Origin: Crocosphaera sp. Alani8
GTDB lineage: Bacteria > Cyanobacteriota > Cyanobacteriia > Cyanobacteriales > Microcystaceae
DNA length: 32,000 nucleotides
Direction of reading: 5' to 3'
Assembly: GCF_038442745.1 (NCBI RefSeq)
Contig: NZ_JARVCN010000460.1
Coordinates: forward strand, 23,389 to 55,388
Part shown: positions 26,150 to 32,000 of the stretch, in pieces
How the letters are laid out: every line of letters starts with the position of its first letter
Position numbering within the stretch: position 1 is the stretch's first letter
Translations under genes and position numbers: made by a program
Notes under the pieces: model-generated
Databases searched by the model: none
Seen by the model: the letters and a program-made list of their open reading frames with translations, nothing else
Told to the model about the DNA's origin: nothing

Positions 26150-26339
26150 CTGTAAGACAACGCAGGGTTCTTGTGACCCCTTGTGACCAACTTTCGCTCG
26201 TCTCCCTGCTCCTCTGCAATCTCCACAAGAATGTTTGTGATCTACTGATACTAATCTGATTGAGTATGATACCAAACCCACTTTTGATGCTAACGACATT
26301 AGCATCCCTTTCCCTCAAAGAGATATTCATATTTTCCAA
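26150..26339 (-). pseudogene. Decayed 3'-terminal remnant of an IS200/IS605-family tnpB gene
   Basis: The minus-strand translation ...LRERDANVVSIKSGFGI... resembles the TnpB C-terminal DRD.NAA.NIK..G block. After a frameshift the tail ...SCGDC...KVGHKGSQEP resembles the usual (K/N)QE(S)P end. The Zn-finger and all upstream parts are missing. A possible right-end hairpin gtcgca...tgcgac lies at 26080-26108. Confidence 0.4.
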
Positions 26340-26407
26340 AATTAGTTTCAGTTTGTCAATAAGCTAAAAGTTATCTTTGGAAATGATAATTAACAAATTT
26401 TTCAAAA

Positions 26408-27424
26408 TTAGGGTTGCCAAACATGAATACGAGACAACAACCATAAGCTAATGGTAACTCCTACTAATCCTGCTAAAATGACATTCATTACTGCCAATAA
26501 CCCTAAAATATCCATTGGTACAATCACCAAACCAGGGTTAACCATAGTTCCCCCCGGTACAGGTTTTGACACTCCCACGAGTAGAACTGCGTGGGATTAT
26601 TGCTTCACATCCTCTTAGCTAGACATAGTTTTCTCAAACCATGCCCCCGCCAGACCGAATCCACAAACATTTTAGTTTAACTTCCACTGGCTGCCCGACA
26701 GCAGACTGTATGGGTTTTTTAGATCTCTAATAGCTCGAATTAAGGAGCATATTAAACCTGCTATGACTTTGATTCTGTTCAACTGGGTAGGGCTTGTCCG
26801 TCGCAGAAAAACGTCTCAGAGGGAGTTAACCAGCTATACTGAGTACAGAAACCTAGACAATTCTAGGCAAGAAACACCGATAAATCTCTTACGGGCATTA
26901 CCGCACTTAGTTGATGATACCATATTCACTCCGCCTAAAGACGGGCAAACTACATCCCACGAGTGAACTGCGTAGGCTTTGTTTGCAGTATCCTGTAAAA
27001 TTGTGGTTGCCCCTTGAGGTAATGAAAGAATAGTGTAGAGTAATCTCCCCAGAGTAATAACTCCAATTAAAACAGCCAGAAACATAACCGCTAAATTAGC
27101 CGTAATACCAATCCAGACGTTCCGAAGTACCTTAGCTTTTTTTGGGTATTTTTCAGAGTTTTCAAGTTTCTTTGCTGGTCGAGTATAACCAAAACACCAA
27201 AAAATAGTAAATAAAAGGGTCATAATATCAATAAAACTAAAAATATTAGTAATACCGATTCCTGTCATTGTCTCTTCTTTGGAAAATATCCATTGAAACG
27301 TTAATAAAATAACAGGAATAGAACCTAAAATAAGTTGGCACCAAAAACCAATCCAACCCAAACGGCGTAAGTTAGCAGCAATTTGAAAATGAGTAGGTGG
27401 GGTACGAGACAATAATTGGAACAT
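26408..27424 (-). pseudogene. Four-TM membrane protein gene (DUF3611-like) interrupted by a ~0.4 kb insertion
   Basis: The N-terminal part (27424 down to about 26966) encodes TM1-3 (LRRLGWIGFWCQLILGSIPVILLTF...). It then runs into about 45 aa of non-native sequence inside the insertion. The missing last helix and C-terminus (VNPGLVIVPMDILGLLAVMNVILAGLVGVTISLWLLSRIHVWQP*) are encoded at 26545-26408. The reading frame continues across the repeated junction sequence gcagtt. Confidence 0.6.
26573..26977 (+). mobile_element. Miniature insertion bounded by two directly repeated hairpins (IS200/IS605-derived, PATE-like); true ends uncertain
   Basis: The left hairpin is tcccacg-agtagaactg-cgtggga (26573-26596). 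The right copy is tcccacg-agtgaactg-cgtaggc (26955-26977), in the same orientation. The interior plus strand encodes a TnpB-tail-like remnant (NWVGLVRRRKTSQ...NSRQETPINLL) about 75 nt upstream of the right hairpin. No transposase gene is present. Confidence 0.45.
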
Positions 27425-27775
27425 ATCTAGGCTTAAAATTCTATAGTAGGGTGATTGGTTTGAAATTTGGCGATCGCTTTTTTTAATCCTTCTAGAGAAT
27501 CATGGGTAATTACAGCAGTTTTCGACTTAGTGTGGCACAAGAAGTTAAGAATTGAGGTAGGAGGCAGCTGTAAAATGTACTTTAATAATTCACAAAGTGC
27601 TGTAAAAACGGTTTAAATTTTTCCCCTACTGGAAAAGACGTATAACCCCTAAAATAATGACCAATGACAGCTATTTTATTAAAAACCAATTTTCATGAAA
27701 AAGCTGTTTGATTACGTCTTTCTAGTTCATCAATCAAATAAAAAGTTTGTATTTTCCCTTTAATGAGTCTTGTTA

Positions 27776-29245
27776 TTAAAATAACGATTGATTTTGTGTG
27801 TCTTCCGGTAGATCTATAAATACCCTTTCTCCAGGGTTTAAACCAGAAAGAACCTGGGTTTTTTCGTCCAACACTTGACCAATAGTAACGGGTTTAAATT
27901 GAGGTTGTTCGTTTTCGTCTGCTACCATGACTCCTGTTTTTCCATTTTTCGTAACGATAGCTACGGTAGGAACCACCAGAGCATCACTAATTTCTTCTCC
28001 CAAAAAGTTCACGTCAACATTCATCCGCGATAATAACTTATCTTGTCCGGTCCTCAGAGCGATGGTTACTTCAAATGAGGTCACATTTTCTTCTACAACG
28101 GCTTCTGGAGCGACCAAAACCACTTGCCCTTGAAAAATATCGTTTGGATAAGCATCCGCTGCAATGGTCACGGGTTGCCCTTGTTTAATCATGGCAATAT
28201 CCACTTCTGGCACTTTAGCCACCACTTTCAATCCTCGTGCGATGGCTAAAATCGAACTGGAGGTAGCAGAAGCGGTGCTAGAGGCTGATGTAGTGGGAGT
28301 TACAAAAGCCCCTGGGTTGGCGTATTTTTGGGTAACAACACCATCGAAAGGCGCACGGATAGCGGTATCTTGAAATTGGATAACCTCTCTTTCTAGTTCA
28401 GCTTTTGCCGCTTCGGCAGCCAACTCTAAGCTGGCAATATCCATTTCGGCGGTTCGTTTTCTTTCTTCTAGTTGAATTTGTGTCTCAGCTACCATTGCTT
28501 GGGCGTGTAACACTTCGTGCTTTAACTGATCAATTTCTGGGTTTTGGGTTTGATTTGCCTGTTCTAGTCTAGTTTCCAGTTCAATTACACTAGCTTGAGC
28601 GTTATTGTAGTTATTGAGCAGTTCATCGAATCGATCTTGAGTTATTGCTCCTTCTTGAAGTAATTCTTCATTCCGTTTCACACGAGAGGCTGCTAATTGC
28701 AACCCTGAGCGCGCGGATACAATTTGTGCCTTTATTTGGTCAATGTCCCTGGGAATTCTCTCTACTGCTCTCTTTAGGTTAGCTTGAGCTTGTTGTAGTT
28801 GACTTTGGGATTGAATATAACGAGTTTCTGCCTGTCTAACCTCACTAGGAATACGAATCTTGGCTGCTTCAAAGTCAGCTAGAGCCTGTTGATATCTGGC
28901 TTCAGCGAATTTTCCTTCTGCTTTATTCTCACTGTGTTCCATAAGAGCTAAAATTTGCCCTTCTTTGACTTTCATCCCCTGTTCCACTCGTAACTGCACC
29001 AACCTTCCTGGATTTTTGGGACTAATGTTAACGCTTTCTATGGGTTCTACAACTCCACTGGCTTCGATATCCACTGCGAGGCTTTCCCGTTCAGCCATAA
29101 CGGTCATTTTGTCCAGTTCACTCTCAGAAACGGGGGTTTTAGCCATTCTGTAGGTGAACCCTCCCACCAAAAGTAATCCGCCTGTCATAAGGGCTAGGAT
29201 CCAAGGAAGAGGACGACTGACTTTATTAAACACAGGAACTTCCAT
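27776..29245 (-). CDS. HlyD/DevB-type membrane fusion protein (periplasmic adaptor of an ABC or RND exporter)
   Basis: 489-aa ORF. It has an N-terminal anchor helix and a lipoyl-like half (GRLVQLRVEQGMKVKEGQILALM). A long coiled-coil hairpin is followed by IRAPFDGVVTQKYANPGAFV and a C-terminal beta-barrel. Confidence 0.85.
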   Translation of the reverse strand: MEVPVFNKVSRPLPWILALMTGGLLLVGGFTYRMAKTPVSESELDKMTVMAERESLAVDIEASGVVEPIESVNISPKNPGRLVQLRVEQGMKVKEGQILALMEHSENKAEGKFAEARYQQALADFEAAKIRIPSEVRQAETRYIQSQSQLQQAQANLKRAVERIPRDIDQIKAQIVSARSGLQLAASRVKRNEELLQEGAITQDRFDELLNNYNNAQASVIELETRLEQANQTQNPEIDQLKHEVLHAQAMVAETQIQLEERKRTAEMDIASLELAAEAAKAELEREVIQFQDTAIRAPFDGVVTQKYANPGAFVTPTTSASSTASATSSSILAIARGLKVVAKVPEVDIAMIKQGQPVTIAADAYPNDIFQGQVVLVAPEAVVEENVTSFEVTIALRTGQDKLLSRMNVDVNFLGEEISDALVVPTVAIVTKNGKTGVMVADENEQPQFKPVTIGQVLDEKTQVLSGLNPGERVFIDLPEDTQNQSLF

Positions 29246-29539
29246 AAAGTTATCTTTGTAAGAAACGCAACAAAACGACGTATTATTTCCTCCATATTAA
29301 CCTTTATGTTGTGTATTAGCACGACAAGAAACAGAAATAATTAAAAATTTTTTACTAATTCCCTGACATTCAATGGTTACTATCTATTCCATACGGCGAT
29401 AATGTATTAAATTTTAATAGGAAAGATTAATTTATTTAATCTTATTTTTCGATTTAAGATTTTTTTATAAGAAGATTCAAGTGATTATTCTGCTTAATAT
29501 GCCTATAAAATAAAGAGTGTCACCGTCTAAAAATTCACT

Positions 29540-30400
29540 ATGACTCTAAAGGATGACCGAGATTATCAAATTTTGTTCCTCAGTAGTTTTCTGGGGTTGG
29601 GTATCATAACCCGCGATTGGTCTTTAAAACCTGAGTTAATTGTTGTGGTTATTATTAGTTGTTTATTGACACAACTATTATTAACTTCTGGGATGTATTT
29701 TCTTAAACAAAAACAAAAATTTAGTTGGAATTTATCACTAATTAATCCCCTATTTATTGCTTCTTGGCGTAGCGCATTAATTACTGCTTTGGGTTTATGT
29801 CTTTTATTAAGAGCTAATCAGGCTACAACCATGATCTTAGCAGGTAGTTTAGCAATTGCTAGTAAGTTCATTTTTCGAGTTAATCAAAAACATTTTTTTA
29901 ATCCTGCTAATTTCGGCATTATTGCCGCATTAACCTTCACTCAAGATGCTTGGGTGTCCCCCGGACAATGGGGTAATGATTTCTGGTTTTTACTACTATT
30001 TTTAGGTGCCGGAGCGATGATTTTAAAAAGGGTTGGTCGTTGGGAAACTTCGGCGGTTTTCTTGGTAGTTTATACATTGCTCGAAGCAGTTCGCAATTTC
30101 CGTTTAGGTTGGAGTTGGGATGTTTTGAGTCATCATCTAATGACAGGAAGTTTATTATTATTTGCGCTATTTATGCTCACCGATCCCCGTTCTATTCCCA
30201 ATCATTATTTAGGTCGTATTTTGTGGGCGATCGCTATTGCTATACTAACCTTCACCCTTCAATATTCTCTCTACATTTCAACATCTATTTTCTGGGCATT
30301 ATTTTGTTTATCACCTCTAACTATTATTCTCGATTACTATTTACATTCATTCGGTTTTAATTGGAAGGTGAGCTATGCTCACCTCACCATATCGTCTTAA
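29540..30400 (+). CDS. Polytopic inner-membrane protein (about 8 TM); faint NqrB/RnfD-like resemblance (tentative)
   Basis: 286-aa hydrophobic ORF. The N-terminus RDYQILFLSSFLGLGIITRDWSL recalls Rnf/Nqr subunit-D-like membrane proteins. I have no decisive motif. Confidence 0.5.
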   Translation: MTLKDDRDYQILFLSSFLGLGIITRDWSLKPELIVVVIISCLLTQLLLTSGMYFLKQKQKFSWNLSLINPLFIASWRSALITALGLCLLLRANQATTMILAGSLAIASKFIFRVNQKHFFNPANFGIIAALTFTQDAWVSPGQWGNDFWFLLLFLGAGAMILKRVGRWETSAVFLVVYTLLEAVRNFRLGWSWDVLSHHLMTGSLLLFALFMLTDPRSIPNHYLGRILWAIAIAILTFTLQYSLYISTSIFWALFCLSPLTIILDYYLHSFGFNWKVSYAHLTISS

Positions 30401-30408
30401 ACAATCTT

Positions 30409-31590
30409 TTAACTTTGGGATAATCTTTCTACAGCTTGTCCCCCTAGTAACTGATCGGTTTCCGCTAGGAAATGAGGAATTTTATGTCTATAGGGACTAT
30501 CCAATAAACAGTTAGAAAGATCCACTTTTGTAACGTTTTCTGCATTATTTCCAGGAAACCAGTGTCCTCCTCTTCCCAACAAATTATATCTCATTTTCCC
30601 ATATTCCACCAGATCATAAGCTAAAGCTAAGTTCCTTAACCACAAAATTGTTTTAATATCTATGTTTTCAGGAGTTTCTTGATAAGATGGTAAACCTTTA
30701 TCCCAACTTTTAAACCAATTTTCTCCTAGAACTTTTATGGCTTCCTCTTCTAATCTAGCTATGATCGGTTTTAGTATGGGTTGGGGATTTTCTAATAGAG
30801 AAAGAGTGTTTAAATGCTCATCAAAATCCGTTGGACGGGCAGCCCCTAAACTAAGGGTGTGAACTTCTGGATGAGACAAACAAAAAAGATCATTAAACAC
30901 CATTGGACTCAGAGGGTGACACAATTCCACCAATTTTTGGGGAGGTTCATAAAGTTTTCCTCCCTTATCAGAAGGACTAATAATAAACACCCCCATATCG
31001 TGTTTCTTGGCCGCTTCTATAGCCGGCCAATTAACCTGATTGATATAATACCAATGAAGATTAACATAATCGAAACAGTCCGTTTCTATGGTCTTTTTGA
31101 TAATATCAGTAGAACCGTGGGTTGAAAAGCCAATAAAACGAACTTTACCTTGTTCTTGTAGTTTCCTTGCCTCTTCTAAACACCCTCCAGGACGAATGCA
31201 ATAGTCTAGTATTTCATCTGTATTAATGCCGTGTAATCCTAGTAAATCTACATAGTCTAATTGCAAAAAATTCAAGGATTGATTAAACTGCAAACGAAAC
31301 TCTTTCGGGTCTTCTTTAGGAGAAACTTTAGTCTGAATAATTAATTTCTCTCTGGGAAGTTTAGGCAAGACCTTCCCTAATTGCATCTCAGATGTTCCAT
31401 ACCCTCTAGCGGTTTCAATATGATTAATTCCTAGCTCTAAAGAACGATGGATGGTCGCCTCTAAGTTACGTTGATTCTCTTCAGGAATTTCGCTTTCAGG
31501 AACATCTTTCCACTTATGCTGATAACGCATTCCTCCACAAGAAAAGACAGGAATTTCTAATTCTGTACGACCGAATCTTCGATATTTCAT
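30409..31590 (-). CDS. Aldo/keto reductase family oxidoreductase with a C-terminal extension
   Basis: It has MKYRRFGRTELEIPVFSCGGMRY...GINHIETARGYGTSE...VDLLGLHG...IGFSTHG, the AKR catalytic and cofactor blocks. A ~110-aa extra C-terminal region is present. Confidence 0.85.
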   Translation of the reverse strand: MKYRRFGRTELEIPVFSCGGMRYQHKWKDVPESEIPEENQRNLEATIHRSLELGINHIETARGYGTSEMQLGKVLPKLPREKLIIQTKVSPKEDPKEFRLQFNQSLNFLQLDYVDLLGLHGINTDEILDYCIRPGGCLEEARKLQEQGKVRFIGFSTHGSTDIIKKTIETDCFDYVNLHWYYINQVNWPAIEAAKKHDMGVFIISPSDKGGKLYEPPQKLVELCHPLSPMVFNDLFCLSHPEVHTLSLGAARPTDFDEHLNTLSLLENPQPILKPIIARLEEEAIKVLGENWFKSWDKGLPSYQETPENIDIKTILWLRNLALAYDLVEYGKMRYNLLGRGGHWFPGNNAENVTKVDLSNCLLDSPYRHKIPHFLAETDQLLGGQAVERLSQS

Positions 31591-31619
31591 GGTAAATAAT
31601 CTAAGAAAACTAAATAATT

Positions 31620-32000
31620 TTAAACTTGAGCAGGTTGAGTAATTATTTCTAAAACCCGTTGCTGGTAGTCATCTTTAAACAGAGAATCTACGCACACTTG
31701 AGCTACCTTTTGTCTAGGAATACTTCCTTCAAACAGGGTATCTGCGGATGACACTAAAATCTCATCTGAGTTATTCTCGTTTTTAAGACCTCCAGGACGG
31801 ACAATTGTATACTTTAAGCCACTATTTTCTAAATAGTTTTCTGCTTGCTTTTTCCAGTATAAAACTAACCAAAAAAGATTAAGGGGATGAAAAAATTGGG
31901 AAACACAAAGGGAAGAAACTAACACAAACTTTTCTATTCCTTGCGCCTTGGCGACGTTAACTAAATTTTTTGTCCCTTCGTAGTCTACCTGATAGGGTCC
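31620..32000 (-). CDS. NAD(P)-binding atypical SDR (NmrA/Ycf39-like), C-terminal part; 5' end lies outside the window
   Basis: The frame stays open to nt 32000 (GPYQVDYEGTKNLVNVAKAQGIEKFVLVSSLCV...YTIVRPGGLKNE). The ORF-track start at 31925 is an internal GTG. Confidence 0.75.
   Translation of the reverse strand, partial: GPYQVDYEGTKNLVNVAKAQGIEKFVLVSSLCVSQFFHPLNLFWLVLYWKKQAENYLENSGLKYTIVRPGGLKNENNSDEILVSSADTLFEGSIPRQKVAQVCVDSLFKDDYQQRVLEIITQPAQV

Noticed and set aside
26091-26186. Cys-containing 31-aa sORF (MGVNCDQFSFCPIYHTRSLRCKTTQGSCDPL)
   Set aside because: It has no SD and sits inside the tnpB-remnant/right-end region on the opposite strand. The cysteine spacing matches no peptide family I know.
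25965-26339. 124-aa minus-strand ORF
   Set aside because: It overlaps the 3' end of the SH3b gene and has no protein-like composition. It is better explained as read-through of a decayed tnpB tail and right end.
26763-26966. 67-aa plus-strand ORF inside the insertion
   Set aside because: It has no RBS and lies wholly within the putative miniature element. Its only recognisable feature is a TnpB-tail-like string, so I treat it as a relic rather than a gene.
1-32000. CRISPR arrays, rRNA, tmRNA, RNase P RNA or SRP RNA
   Set aside because: Reading the intergenic regions turned up no regularly spaced direct repeats and no recognisable conserved cores of these RNAs.

Overview
AT-rich cyanobacterial chromosomal segment. 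The HIP1 octamer GCGATCGC occurs at least 15 times by eye, and the gene set is typical: Flv, ycf35, ycf46, egtD/egtB, PEP-CTERM. I found no rRNA, tRNA or CRISPR. Most of the window is ordinary housekeeping or conserved cyanobacterial genes: plsY, rsmG, thioredoxin, a P-type ATPase, GST, an aldo/keto reductase, an ABC permease, and a membrane-fusion protein. Five places stand out. (1) 15.69-16.25 kb holds a compact nitrogen-status module missed by the 60-aa ORF track. It has an NtcA-like box, a glutamine (glnA-type) riboswitch, a 55-aa glutamine synthetase inactivating factor (IF7-like) ORF, a 51-aa basic sORF (PirA-like, tentative) and a strong terminator. (2) 26.06-27.42 kb holds a four-TM membrane-protein gene split by a ~0.4 kb insertion. 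The insertion is bounded by two directly repeated hairpin sequences and carries a tnpB-tail remnant, like an IS200/IS605-derived miniature element. A second decayed tnpB 3' remnant lies beside it, and a third tnpB fragment lies at 10.4 kb. (3) An RluA-family pseudouridine synthase homologue has Gly at the universally conserved catalytic Asp (HRLGRGTSG). It sits in a tightly coupled DUF2997-ycf35-ferredoxin operon. (4) A seven-blade FG-GAP protein has a PEP-CTERM tail but no signal peptide. (5) A 145-aa protein consists of two MshEN/T2SSE_N-like modules and is a candidate c-di-GMP receptor. All family assignments rest on motif recognition by eye and memory, with no database search.
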